IMG/VR virus record: IMGVR_UViG_3300045988_117048
Span: 1 to 48,231 of that record
DNA: 48,231 nt
Strand: one strand, 5' to 3'
Source of the DNA: a virus
This document shows, one piece after another, positions 6,798 to 15,919 of this stretch. The translations under genes were made by a program, and so were the position numbers. The number at the start of each line of letters is the position of its first letter. Position 1 is the stretch's first letter. The notes beneath the pieces were generated by a model, which saw only the letters and a program-made list of their open reading frames with translations, searched no databases and was not told the DNA's origin.

Positions 6798-7029
6798 TCT
6801 TTTTATTTGTTTTTTCGCAAGCCTTTTCTAGTTCTTTCATAGCAAGCTCAGACATCATATCTGTTAGTTCATCTAATGATTTGTCTAGGCTTTCTTTTGC
6901 TTCTAAAACTTTCTTCTTAGCAGTCTTTCTACCTATCATGGTATCAATGAAATTAATGATTATTGATATTAAAACAGTAATACCAGTTAGATATAAGCAA
7001 ATCATAAATATGTCTTTTAAGATTTCCAT
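6781..7029 (-). CDS. Small membrane protein (82 aa; N-terminal TM helix, charged C-terminus)
   Basis: Hydrophobic stretch ICLYLTGITVLISIIINFI. Confidence 0.6.
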   Translation of the reverse strand: MEILKDIFMICLYLTGITVLISIIINFIDTMIGRKTAKKKVLEAKESLDKSLDELTDMMSELAMKELEKACEKTNKKKSTKK

Positions 7030-7044
7030 AATGCCTCCTTTCTA

Positions 7045-7434
7045 TTAGAATGGAAGTTCCAAATTGTCATTGTAACTTGAACCATCTAATTCATTTATAT
7101 CAAAGTCCTCTTTGGACTGATTATACTCGTCAAATGCTCCACTATCAATGTTAACTATCTCGTATTCAGCAATAAACAAACTCCATTGTACATCATAACT
7201 ATTCTTTGGTTTGTACCCATTCTCAAACATATCAATTATTTTTATTTGAGTGCCATCTGGAATGTCTGTACCTTTAGGAAAAGTTAATTTCTTTTCTAGA
7301 TGAGTTTCTGTGCCATCTTGGAACTTTTGTCTAACAGTAGTAGTGTAGAAAGTATATTCTCTAACATCTTTTCTGTTGACAGTGATAGTGTCTCCTAGCA
7401 TGATTTTATAAGGTCTCTTTACTTCTTCTTCCAT
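7045..7434 (-). CDS. Putative atypical single-stranded DNA-binding protein (129 aa)
   Basis: Acidic C-terminal tail ending ...DNLELPF, resembling the SSB C-terminal tip (DDDIPF); lies in the recombination module. Confidence 0.45.
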   Translation of the reverse strand: MEEEVKRPYKIMLGDTITVNRKDVREYTFYTTTVRQKFQDGTETHLEKKLTFPKGTDIPDGTQIKIIDMFENGYKPKNSYDVQWSLFIAEYEIVNIDSGAFDEYNQSKEDFDINELDGSSYNDNLELPF

Positions 7435-7679
7435 TATTCTTCATCTCCTGCAATTATTCCTAAAGCCATTTGAAGTCTTTTTTCTAATGTGAATAAATAA
7501 TCTTCCATACTAGATAATTGTTCTCTCATTGTATTTATTTCTAATTTTTGAGTTTGTGAACAAGTATCTTCTATTTGCTCTAGTTGGTCTAAATATAATC
7601 TTAGTTTAGTCTTTCTAATCAAAAGTTCAGAATATTCTGTTAGTAGTCTCTGATTATGTAATTTTTTATCTACTTCCAT
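7434..7679 (-). CDS. Hypothetical coiled-coil protein (81 aa)
   Basis: ORF track; ATGA overlap with neighbours. Confidence 0.6.
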   Translation of the reverse strand: MEVDKKLHNQRLLTEYSELLIRKTKLRLYLDQLEQIEDTCSQTQKLEINTMREQLSSMEDYLFTLEKRLQMALGIIAGDEE

Positions 7680-7894
7680 TAATCTTTCAACTCCTCATAA
7701 AACTTATTGTGTCTTTTATACACTTCTTCTTTAATGTCATCTATTTCTTTAAGTTTTTTAGAGAATTCATCTTTGTTAGTAGCATTATAAATTTCTCTAT
7801 ATCTTTTAGATAACCCATTGATTAAATGTGTAGTTTCAACATCTTTCATTGGGGTTTTAGTTCCATCACTTGATGTGTAATACTTTTCTTCCAT
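7679..7894 (-). CDS. Hypothetical protein (71 aa)
   Basis: ORF track; operon packing. Confidence 0.6.
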   Translation of the reverse strand: MEEKYYTSSDGTKTPMKDVETTHLINGLSKRYREIYNATNKDEFSKKLKEIDDIKEEVYKRHNKFYEELKD

Positions 7895-7895
7895 T

Positions 7896-8162
7896 TTATT
7901 TTCCTCCTTTGTATAAATGTTTATAGTCTATTTTGTTTTTAGTAAGCAATGCTTTTAACTTTCTAACTTCTTTGTCTTTAGTATCTAGTTTATCAGCAAA
8001 TATTTCACATTCATTACCAAGTTCTCTATTAGTATCTTCGTATGTTTTTACTAAACCTTGGGCTTCTTTTAATTCTTTTTTGATTTCTTCCAAAGTATTC
8101 ATTGCCCAATTTCTCTCGTCTACAAGGTCTCTCCAATGCTCTCTAGTCACTATTTTTATCAT
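7896..8162 (-). CDS. Hypothetical coiled-coil protein (88 aa); start refined
   Basis: GAGGAGGAATAAT precedes ATG at 8162. Confidence 0.6.
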   Translation of the reverse strand: MIKIVTREHWRDLVDERNWAMNTLEEIKKELKEAQGLVKTYEDTNRELGNECEIFADKLDTKDKEVRKLKALLTKNKIDYKHLYKGGK

Positions 8163-8163
8163 A

Positions 8164-8703
8164 TTATTCCTCCTCAAATAATCCCAATTCTTCAAGAGTG
8201 TATCTTTTTTCTAATTCCATGCTTTTGTACATAGTATTCGCTTTGAAAAATGGTAATTTTATGTCATCTCCTTTAATTTCTATCCAAATATATTCTTCTA
8301 AACTATTCCCAATTTTTTCAATATATTTCGCCTTATCTCTAAAAGGTCTTATAACTCCCTCTAGGTATCTTTTTTCTTCTTCATCAAGAATTTGTGGTTT
8401 ACCAATATAACCACCAACTACATCAATTGTACCTGTGAAGTCATTTGGTAACGTTTTGAAGAATGTACCAGATACTTTTTTAACAATATTTTCGGGTTCA
8501 AATGTACAAAACGTCTCTTCCTCTATTAGAAAATATGTCTCACGATTAGGATAAAGTATATCAACGATATTGGAAATCGTTACAACTCTCCCTAAATATT
8601 TATCCATAAGTTCATCAGTGTTCCAATTGCTAGGTCTTTTATTTGTCAATAAAACCTTATCCCCAACTTTATATGTTACTCCTTTGTATTTAAAACTCTT
8701 CAT
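8164..8703 (-). CDS. Hypothetical protein (179 aa); start refined
   Basis: AAAGGAGAGAGAAA precedes ATG at 8703 (MKSFKYKG...). Confidence 0.65.
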   Translation of the reverse strand: MKSFKYKGVTYKVGDKVLLTNKRPSNWNTDELMDKYLGRVVTISNIVDILYPNRETYFLIEEETFCTFEPENIVKKVSGTFFKTLPNDFTGTIDVVGGYIGKPQILDEEEKRYLEGVIRPFRDKAKYIEKIGNSLEEYIWIEIKGDDIKLPFFKANTMYKSMELEKRYTLEELGLFEEE

Positions 8704-9361
8704 TTTCTCTCTCCTTTTCTTTGTGTTCGTGACAATAAATATATCTGCTATTATCACTCATCATTTCCATTAAAAATTTATTTGTTTCTTCTTCACTCAT
8801 ATGTGAATTAAGTACTCTATACTCATACACATATTCTGAATTTAACTCTTTTTCTTCTATTCTTTGTTTTAATTCTTCTTCACTATAATTTCTTTCTACG
8901 AAATAATAATCTAACCCTCTCAAACAGTCCAAATAATCTAACCTTGAAGTGTCTGTTGCATAATATATCCTTATAGGTTTTAAATTAATTAAATATGAAG
9001 TATTTGGTACATCATGATATGTGTCTATAGGTTTGATAGTAAATAGCCCTAAATCATATTCTTTTAAATTATCAAGAACGAAGATGTTTTTCTTATTTAC
9101 TCCCAAGTTAATTAGTTCATCTAACAACCAAATTCTACATACGAATTTTAATGTTGGTTTGTTAAACGCTAGTTGTTTAATACAACTCTTATTAAAATGG
9201 TCACTGTGAAGTTAAAGATGAGTTAAACATACAATTTTTAAGCCCTTTAAATATGGTTTGATTTGTTTATATGATATTCCCATATCGATTGCTAAGTAGT
9301 CATTGAAAATTATACAATTTCCTGATGAACCACTTTTTAAAATATTATACTTTAACTCCAT
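8690..9361 (-). CDS. MBL-fold metallo-hydrolase, interrupted by in-frame TAA (9212-9214) inside the HxHxDH motif
   Basis: ATG 9361 with GAGGTG RBS; MELKYNILKSGSSGNC...LTHL*LHSDHF...; same frame as tracked ORF 8690-9127. Confidence 0.7.
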
Positions 9362-9397
9362 CTTAATGCACCTCACTTCCAAATTTCCATTTGTATA

Positions 9398-10090
9398 TTA
9401 CTTTTCACACTCACTCGCCTCCTCATCTAATATGTATTCTCTAATAAACCTATTAGCATGTTGTGGGTGTATCATGCTCCTACCAACTACGTTTTCTTTT
9501 TCAACTATTTTAGCCTCAACTAATTCTAGTGGTTCAAATATCACATTACGTTTTGGTTCACAATTTATAAACCAAAATTGAGTGGGTTTTATAAAATAAT
9601 CTCCATTTTCTCTTCTATTCTTATCAATTACACTAGGTTTAATACACCAATATCTCTTCAAATAGTGTTGTTCACTATATGGATTTTCAATTATCAATGG
9701 TATGTTTTTATCTATACACACAATTGCCAATTTTGTTATTAATTCATAATTTCTATTTAATTCATCATGCAATTTTAGACAATTAGATAGTTTCTTTTTT
9801 GTAGTCCATTTTTTATAGACATAACTATCTCCTCTAAAATTTAATAACACCTGGTCTTCAAACCTTACGCATGGGAAAAAAGCGATAATAGTATCTATTC
9901 CCTCAACCATTTTGTCGAATATACTTGGTAACTCCAAATATGCTTTATCTATTTCGCCAAATAGGTCTATTACATAATCTGTTTCATTGAAGTCATTTAG
10001 AATATCATAATCAAAGGCTTTATACCCAAGTTTTTTAAACTCATTTTTAAATGTGCCACTTTGTTCAAAGAAACAATGAAACTTTCTCAT
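9398..10090 (-). CDS. Putative DNA cytosine-C5 methyltransferase-like protein (230 aa)
   Basis: Motif-like strings FEQSGTF (FxGxG), FFPCVRF (PC), IENPYS (ENV-like); weak by-eye call. Confidence 0.45.
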   Translation of the reverse strand: MRKFHCFFEQSGTFKNEFKKLGYKAFDYDILNDFNETDYVIDLFGEIDKAYLELPSIFDKMVEGIDTIIAFFPCVRFEDQVLLNFRGDSYVYKKWTTKKKLSNCLKLHDELNRNYELITKLAIVCIDKNIPLIIENPYSEQHYLKRYWCIKPSVIDKNRRENGDYFIKPTQFWFINCEPKRNVIFEPLELVEAKIVEKENVVGRSMIHPQHANRFIREYILDEEASECEK

Positions 10091-10092
10091 TT

Positions 10093-10914
10093 TTATACCT
10101 CATCTAAACTTGTAGGTTTTTCTTCTGCCGGTTTTTCATAAATAGTTGTTTCGTTAACTATATTACCTTTACTATCTACTCTACTAACTGAAATTTCGTC
10201 ACTTTCAATAACTTTTCCTAGTATAGCATTTATTCTGCCACCAAATAATGTGAATAATTCTTTTGCAAGTTCTTTAACAACTTTAGTTTTAACCATTTTA
10301 GTTGGCATTGAAGTCCAAGGGCTAAATGTAGTATTTGCACTTGGTGATACTCTTTTAATGCTATCTATGTCAGCCTTACTCATACATATAGTTTTTTCAA
10401 ACCCATTAGCAAATTTTATATAAGCATAAGCATATTCAATATCATCATATTTATCACTTGTTGTTTTTGGTGTATGTATTAATTCCTCGGTTACTGGATT
10501 AAATTTGAATTCATCTCCTTTGAATACAACATTGTTAGTAAATCTTACTATTTCTGCTGGCTTGATAAGGTCAATTACTTTAAACCAACCCTCTTTTTTT
10601 CTTATGATTACTGGTTTACCTTTGAATGGAATAATATCATAGTCATTCCCTGCTTCACAACCAACCATCGCCTCTTTAAGAACTCCATATAGCATTTGCA
10701 TTTTAGATGTTCCGTCCATCTTCATTAAATCTTCTCTATTTGCTATATAAAAACCTGCACTATTTTTAATTCTTTCTACTGCAATATTACTTGGTAATAA
10801 TGAGTTGTTTTTTAATACTAGTTTCCCAATAGCATTTTCTATTCCAGACTGGTCAATTATTTGAATATAATTTTCCTCTTCTTTTTTTACTAATTCATTC
10901 TTATCATTTGTCAT
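10093..10914 (-). CDS. recT: RecT-family single-strand annealing recombinase
   Basis: SPWTSMPTKMVKTKVVKELAK motif and central IIPFKGK... segment typical of RecT. Confidence 0.75.
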   Translation of the reverse strand: MTNDKNELVKKEEENYIQIIDQSGIENAIGKLVLKNNSLLPSNIAVERIKNSAGFYIANREDLMKMDGTSKMQMLYGVLKEAMVGCEAGNDYDIIPFKGKPVIIRKKEGWFKVIDLIKPAEIVRFTNNVVFKGDEFKFNPVTEELIHTPKTTSDKYDDIEYAYAYIKFANGFEKTICMSKADIDSIKRVSPSANTTFSPWTSMPTKMVKTKVVKELAKELFTLFGGRINAILGKVIESDEISVSRVDSKGNIVNETTIYEKPAEEKPTSLDEV

Positions 10915-11165
10915 TATTTTCTATTTTTCTCCTTTCTTGTAACCTTTTTTTCTTGTTTTTCAAGGTATTTAAGTTTCTTTTTATCTTCTTCTTCAATAAT
11001 TCTTGTACATCTTTTAATTTCATTAAACAATACCTTGTTTTTTAAATCTGGTTGATGGTAATGTATAATACTTACTAATCTAGCAATAGCAACAATTGCT
11101 TCATTAGTATTGGTATCTTTAAAATTGCAAGTAGTCTTTTCATCATTTACTTCAACTCTTATCAT
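10914..11165 (-). CDS. Hypothetical protein (83 aa)
   Basis: ORF track; ATGA overlaps on both sides. Confidence 0.6.
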   Translation of the reverse strand: MIRVEVNDEKTTCNFKDTNTNEAIVAIARLVSIIHYHQPDLKNKVLFNEIKRCTRIIEEEDKKKLKYLEKQEKKVTRKEKNRK

Positions 11166-11992
11166 TTGTACTCTATCTCCTTTTCTTTCATAAATTCTTT
11201 TAATTCTCTTAGTTTAGTTCTAGTAGCCTTAACTGTGAAAGTTATTTCAAGTTCTTCTTCTTCAACCACTTCAACTGGTTTAATAATCTCTTCAACTTTC
11301 TCTTCAATTTTTTCTTCTTCCTTAACAACTTCTTCAACTTGTTCAAGTTTCTTCTTTAAAGCTTCTTTTTCTTTGTTTCTGTTGATAATAGTTAATCTAG
11401 CTTGAACATAATCAAATCCATTTTTTTGATATTCAAGAAGTATATCTTCTCTAAATTCTTCAGAAGCAATACACATCATATCATCATTAAGTTTCTTACA
11501 GAATTTGATAATCTCTTCTTTAAGGCTTTTTAGGCTATTTGAGAGATTAATTTTAATAGGCACTTGGTCTATGCTAGATATTAATTCTTCAACATGATAG
11601 AACTCTCTATATTGGTCTAAGAACTCTTGTAATTCGTCACGTTTTTCATTGATTTGTGCTACTTCAATGTCTTTAACTTTTATGTCTAAAGTATCAATGC
11701 TATTATCAAGTAACCCTTTAATTTTTTTGTTGTAATAATCTTCAAACTCTTCGTAAGGCTTGTTGATTTCTTTTTTAATTTCCTTTCGTTTGTTTTCAAA
11801 ACTAGTTTTCATTGCTCTTAGTTTTTGTAAATTCTTTTTAACTTCTTGTTTGTTTTCTTCTGTGCATTCAACTAAGTCAATGTCTTTAGTCATGTTAGTA
11901 ATAATCTCACTTGCTACATCTAGTTGAGAAAATATCTCTGGTAGTTGTTTAACTACTACTAAATCGTTAATATTAATATTCTCTTCCATCAT
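11162..11992 (-). CDS. DUF1351-like recombination-module protein (276 aa, coiled coil)
   Basis: Position directly upstream of recT and N-terminal LPEI...KK..QKLRA...ENKRKEIKK pattern. Confidence 0.5.
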   Translation of the reverse strand: MMEENININDLVVVKQLPEIFSQLDVASEIITNMTKDIDLVECTEENKQEVKKNLQKLRAMKTSFENKRKEIKKEINKPYEEFEDYYNKKIKGLLDNSIDTLDIKVKDIEVAQINEKRDELQEFLDQYREFYHVEELISSIDQVPIKINLSNSLKSLKEEIIKFCKKLNDDMMCIASEEFREDILLEYQKNGFDYVQARLTIINRNKEKEALKKKLEQVEEVVKEEEKIEEKVEEIIKPVEVVEEEELEITFTVKATRTKLRELKEFMKEKEIEYK

Positions 11993-12012
11993 TTACCTCC
12001 TCTAGTAATTTA

Positions 12013-12041
12013 ATTATATAATTATTTTTCTTTTTTGTCAA
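12013..12041 (-). promoter_or_regulatory. Sigma-A-type promoter TTGACA-17-TATAAT
   Basis: Minus sense gtaTTGACAaaaaagaaaaataattaTATAAT upstream of the recombination operon. Confidence 0.8.
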
Positions 12042-12192
12042 TACACTTATATTTAGTTTTTTTAAGCATACGTTTTAACATAACATAATCATCTGCTTTT
12101 TCAGCATTATCCTTTTTGCAAGCTAAGAACCCCTCTGTCATCATTCTTCTTGCAAATTCAATTTCGTCATTTTTTAATAATAAAACTTTCAT
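12022..12192 (-). CDS. Possible small protein (56 aa)
   Basis: Hand-translated MKVLLLKNDEIEFARRMM...; GGAGGAAATAA RBS; overlaps helicase end by 26 nt and contains the downstream promoter. Confidence 0.4.
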   Translation of the reverse strand: MKVLLLKNDEIEFARRMMTEGFLACKKDNAEKADDYVMLKRMLKKTKYKCIDKKEK

Positions 12193-13417
12193 TTATTTCC
12201 TCCATTCTTTGACACTCTTTCAAATATCTAAGCCCAAAAGAAGTATTTCTTGCACCACCACGACATTTAGGTACAAGTATCTTTATTGGCTTTTCAAGTG
12301 ATGGGCTATCTTTTAGCTCATCGTGAATTAGAAGTATAGTATCTGCACTTTGCTCTAATTCTCCACTATCTTTTAAGTCTTTCATAGTTGGCATATCAGT
12401 ACCATTTCTGTTGATTTGAGCTATCAAGAATATTGTGACGTCATAGTCCTTTGTTACGTCATTAAGCATTCTTGTTATCTCACCAATTCTATCTTTATCG
12501 CTTTGTCCAGCTTTATTAGATACATAACCTACATAATCTATGAAAACTATTAAGTGTTCATCTTTTTGTTCTTTAATAATTTTGCTTATAAGACTTTTAA
12601 TATTCTTACTACCATTAACAATTTCGTAATTAAGTTTATAAATCTCTTCTGCATTTTGTTTAATCAAACTATCTTGATAATCAGTTTCGGGTTTTATAAT
12701 ATTTGCTATTTTAATTCTACTATATATTCCAATTATCCTCTCATACACTTCTTCTTTAGTCATTTCCATGTTGAAATATAAGCATTTATAGTTACTAGCT
12801 AAATCAACGAATAGGTTAAGTGCTAAAGCTGATTTACCCTCACTAGGTCTAGCTGCAATTATGTTAATTGTATTTTTTTTGATTTTAAGTTTTTGATTAA
12901 GCACATCAAATCTGTTGAATTTAATTAATTTGTCTTTGCCTCTGATTAACTTAAGCATTTCATCAGGAGTTAACTTATCGTGAGTATCTTTAACAACTAA
13001 GTTTTCTTTCTCTAACTCTTTGATTTTTAATACAAAATCTTCAGAAGATATCTTGCCATTTTTGTACTTATCAGCAAGTTCTGTTAATTTAGTGTCTATG
13101 TATATCTCTTCTAATCTTTCTTGGTATTTATAAAACATTGAGAAATTTGGGAACAAGATAGAATGTTCTGCGTAGTAGTTCATAAACTTGTTTTGTTTAT
13201 CTTCGTCTTTAAGTAAGCTTAGTAATAAATCCATATCAAGGCTTTGTTTAACAGAGTATGCTCTTTTAAGAAAATGTATCATTCTTCTATTCTCAGGATT
13301 TAAGAATACGCATTCTTCAATAAAGAGTTCTTTAATCAATTCTTCTTTAGCAAATATCATTGCGATGACAGTGCTTTCTAAGTCTAAACCATTTTCATAA
13401 CCAGTATCATATTCCAT
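12167..13417 (-). CDS. dnaB: DnaB-like replicative DNA helicase (416 aa)
   Basis: IIAARPSEGKSALALNL Walker A region, FIDYVGY, RNGT... motifs. Confidence 0.8.
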   Translation of the reverse strand: MEYDTGYENGLDLESTVIAMIFAKEELIKELFIEECVFLNPENRRMIHFLKRAYSVKQSLDMDLLLSLLKDEDKQNKFMNYYAEHSILFPNFSMFYKYQERLEEIYIDTKLTELADKYKNGKISSEDFVLKIKELEKENLVVKDTHDKLTPDEMLKLIRGKDKLIKFNRFDVLNQKLKIKKNTINIIAARPSEGKSALALNLFVDLASNYKCLYFNMEMTKEEVYERIIGIYSRIKIANIIKPETDYQDSLIKQNAEEIYKLNYEIVNGSKNIKSLISKIIKEQKDEHLIVFIDYVGYVSNKAGQSDKDRIGEITRMLNDVTKDYDVTIFLIAQINRNGTDMPTMKDLKDSGELEQSADTILLIHDELKDSPSLEKPIKILVPKCRGGARNTSFGLRYLKECQRMEEINESFIIKK

Positions 13418-13425
13418 ACGACACC

Positions 13426-14061
13426 TCAGAATGGCAAATCTTCATCAGGAAAAGTTAATGAAATATTGTCAATACATTCACTTTTTGTTTTTTTCGAACT
13501 ATTTACATCATTTTCCTTGGTTTTTAGGGGGTTTTCACGATACGTACCACGATACGTCGACGTATCTCCATAGCCATAGCCATATCCATAACCATTTCCA
13601 TAGCCTTTTCCATTACCATATTCATTACCATTAATTTTATTTAAAAAGTTACTAATTGTTAAATTAGATATGCTATAATCTTTTAAGTGATTAATAACTA
13701 AAATAACTAATTCTTTGTTTTTTACTTCATTAAATTCCTTGTTTAAACAGTCCTCTATAGGTTTACCACCTTTTACTATGTTGTATTTGAGAAAATTTAA
13801 TATTGCTATTTCTCTTGTGTTGTCATCGTATTTGATTATTTTATAAGTGTTTTCAAATCTATCAAGTAACACATTAATTGTGTCAATAGAATAGCCTAAT
13901 TCAAAAGCCATTTGTTTCTTGCTGATTTGATAGACCCCCAATAATGCAACATGAGGGTTAGTTAGCAAATATAGCATGAATAGTTTATCTTCTGGGGAAA
14001 ACTCTTCCATAACTTTCTCATCTGTCCAAAATCTTGTGTCTACAATTCTTTTTAATGCCAT
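13426..14061 (-). CDS. Phage replisome organizer / DnaD-like protein with Gly-Tyr repeat linker and C-terminal ...DEDLPF
   Basis: N-terminus RFWTDEKV...KLFMLYLLTNPH typical of replisome organizer N domain; upstream of the helicase. Confidence 0.6.
   Translation of the reverse strand: MALKRIVDTRFWTDEKVMEEFSPEDKLFMLYLLTNPHVALLGVYQISKKQMAFELGYSIDTINVLLDRFENTYKIIKYDDNTREIAILNFLKYNIVKGGKPIEDCLNKEFNEVKNKELVILVINHLKDYSISNLTISNFLNKINGNEYGNGKGYGNGYGYGYGYGDTSTYRGTYRENPLKTKENDVNSSKKTKSECIDNISLTFPDEDLPF
13568..13632. repeat. About 10 degenerate hexamer repeats (CCATAN) encoding GNGKGYGNGYGYGYGYG
   Basis: ccatagccatagccatatccataaccatttccatagcc... read directly. Confidence 0.8.
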
Positions 14062-14816
14062 AATTCTTCCTCCAAATCATAATAATCTTTTAAATATTTT
14101 ATTACTTGGTCTCCATAATTTGACATTTGTATAAATTCTTTTATTATACCAAAGTCCTCTGTTTTATAATTCTTGTATAATATTAATTTTATTTTGCTTG
14201 GGTCGATATAACAAATAGTATCTTTCGACATTTTGACTAAATAATTAATTTCATAAGTTCTTGGGTCTTTCTTTTGCCTTAACCTTGTTTCTGCTATTCT
14301 ACCAACGCTATCAAAAACATATTCTTTGTCGTTGTCTTTTGAATAATATTGGGAAATTGAAATTTTTGCACTTTCATAAGTTTCATCAAATCCATATTTT
14401 TTTAGCCATGTATAGCATTGTTTTCTTCCCTCCTCAGAAAAAACACCATCAATTCCATCAATAAATAATTTTTCAATTTGGTTTACTTGATAATCTTCAA
14501 ATTCTTCAAGTCCTTTTTTCCATTCTATTAACATTTCAAGTTGTTGCCTTTTCTCTTCTAAGTCTGCAAGTATATCATGTTGTTTTTTTATTACGGTATT
14601 TTGAATTAGTGGGGTTTTCCCTTTCCCTCTATTGCAATCTCTACAAGATGTTATCAAATTCAAAATATCATTCGTTCCATCATCTGAAATAGGTTTAATA
14701 TGGTCAACTTCTAATATAACATCAGGGGCAGTTCTACCACAATATTGACAAGTAAATTTGTCTCTTTTAAATATCTCAAATCTTGTTTTTTTACTTAATG
14801 GTTCTCTTTTTGCCAT
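14052..14816 (-). CDS. HNH endonuclease (254 aa)
   Basis: CQYCGR...EVDHIKP...NLITSCRDCNRGK. Confidence 0.8.
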   Translation of the reverse strand: MAKREPLSKKTRFEIFKRDKFTCQYCGRTAPDVILEVDHIKPISDDGTNDILNLITSCRDCNRGKGKTPLIQNTVIKKQHDILADLEEKRQQLEMLIEWKKGLEEFEDYQVNQIEKLFIDGIDGVFSEEGRKQCYTWLKKYGFDETYESAKISISQYYSKDNDKEYVFDSVGRIAETRLRQKKDPRTYEINYLVKMSKDTICYIDPSKIKLILYKNYKTEDFGIIKEFIQMSNYGDQVIKYLKDYYDLEEELWH

Positions 14817-14826
14817 CTCTCATTAC

Positions 14827-15042
14827 CTACCTTTCTCTTAATTCAAAATAATCTTCAATTTTTGCGTCTGTTCCAATAATAGCAACTATGTCTTTGGCTA
14901 ATCTCTTTGAACAATGTTGTTTTCCTTGAAGAATTAAAGATAAGTAAGCATACCCGCATTCTAATAACTTTTCTGATACATATTTAATTGTTCTTCCTTG
15001 AAGTATATCATCTCTACGTTCTGCTTTAAACCATAAATACAT
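14827..15042 (-). CDS. Small HTH (XRE/Cro-like) protein (71 aa)
   Basis: GRTIKYVSEKLLECGYAYLSLILQG HTH-like segment; own promoter. Confidence 0.5.
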   Translation of the reverse strand: MYLWFKAERRDDILQGRTIKYVSEKLLECGYAYLSLILQGKQHCSKRLAKDIVAIIGTDAKIEDYFELRER

Positions 15043-15075
15043 CTCAATACCTCCTCTCTATTTTTGTGTAATTTA

Positions 15076-15104
15076 AGTGTATCATGTTTTTAAAGCAAAG
15101 TCAA
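15076..15104 (-). promoter_or_regulatory. Sigma-A-type promoter TTGACT-17-TACACT with TGn
   Basis: Minus sense TTGACTttgctttaaaaacaTGaTACACT. Confidence 0.65.
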
Positions 15105-15128
15105 CATAAAAGTAGTAAAAAAGAAGAA

Positions 15129-15827
15129 TTATTTTTCTCCTTTTAATATGTAATCTATGATTTTTTCATATCTTGCTATTTTTTTCTTTAATTCTTCTTT
15201 TTCTTCATCTATTTTCTCAAACTCTTGGGGAACAATGCTAACAGTTTCTTCTGGTGTATATGGTGATGTAGTAGTTTCTGTTTCTTCTTTATCTTCTTCA
15301 AAGCATTCAGGTGTTACTTCAAATGTGCTATGTATTGGTTCTTCTTCAATTGGTTCGCTACATGGCATTAATGAGTCTGCTTGCATAACTACTTCGAAAC
15401 CTGATGGAGCAGTATAATCAGTATCTTCTTCTACTTCAGTTTTTACTTTCTTGTTAAAATCATCTGTAAAGAACTTATGTAGTTTATATAGTGTTAAAAA
15501 CGATGGGTCTTTGATTTCATTTCTTTCAAGCCTGGATATAACACTTTGTTGTACACCAACTTTTTTAGACAAATCTTTTTGTCTACCAAATCCAAATTCT
15601 TCTCTCAAACTTTTTAAGTTAATACTTTTAAGCCAATTTAGCAATTCTAACTTTTGGATATCTTTTTCTTTCTTTGTCGTGTTGATAAGTTTCATATACT
15701 CATCTAATGTCTCACCTGTTATACTCCTTTCCCCATTTTCTAGTTCTTTAATTTTTTCTTCATCTACATTTAGCATACTAGCTAGTTCCTTTTTGCTAAA
15801 CGCACTCTTTTTTGTTTCTCTTTTCAT
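15129..15827 (-). CDS. XRE-family regulator with two HTH domains and acidic C-terminal half (232 aa)
   Basis: FSKKELASMLNVDEEKIKELENGER and QKDLSKKVGVQQSVISRLERNE. Confidence 0.7.
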   Translation of the reverse strand: MKRETKKSAFSKKELASMLNVDEEKIKELENGERSITGETLDEYMKLINTTKKEKDIQKLELLNWLKSINLKSLREEFGFGRQKDLSKKVGVQQSVISRLERNEIKDPSFLTLYKLHKFFTDDFNKKVKTEVEEDTDYTAPSGFEVVMQADSLMPCSEPIEEEPIHSTFEVTPECFEEDKEETETTTSPYTPEETVSIVPQEFEKIDEEKEELKKKIARYEKIIDYILKGEK

Positions 15828-15919
15828 AAAAATTCATATTTAATTTCCTCTTTCTTATTATCATTAATTTTAAGCATATTTTGAAGCCCTCTGTTGGACT
15901 TTTGGCTATGTCCTAGACC

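Noticed and set aside
9212-9214. Stop-codon reassignment (TAA read as sense) to explain the interrupted MBL gene
   Set aside because: TAA, TAG and TGA all terminate well-delimited genes throughout the genome, often overlapping the next start. The only tRNA is an ordinary tRNA-Cys(GCA), and no other gene shows in-frame stops.
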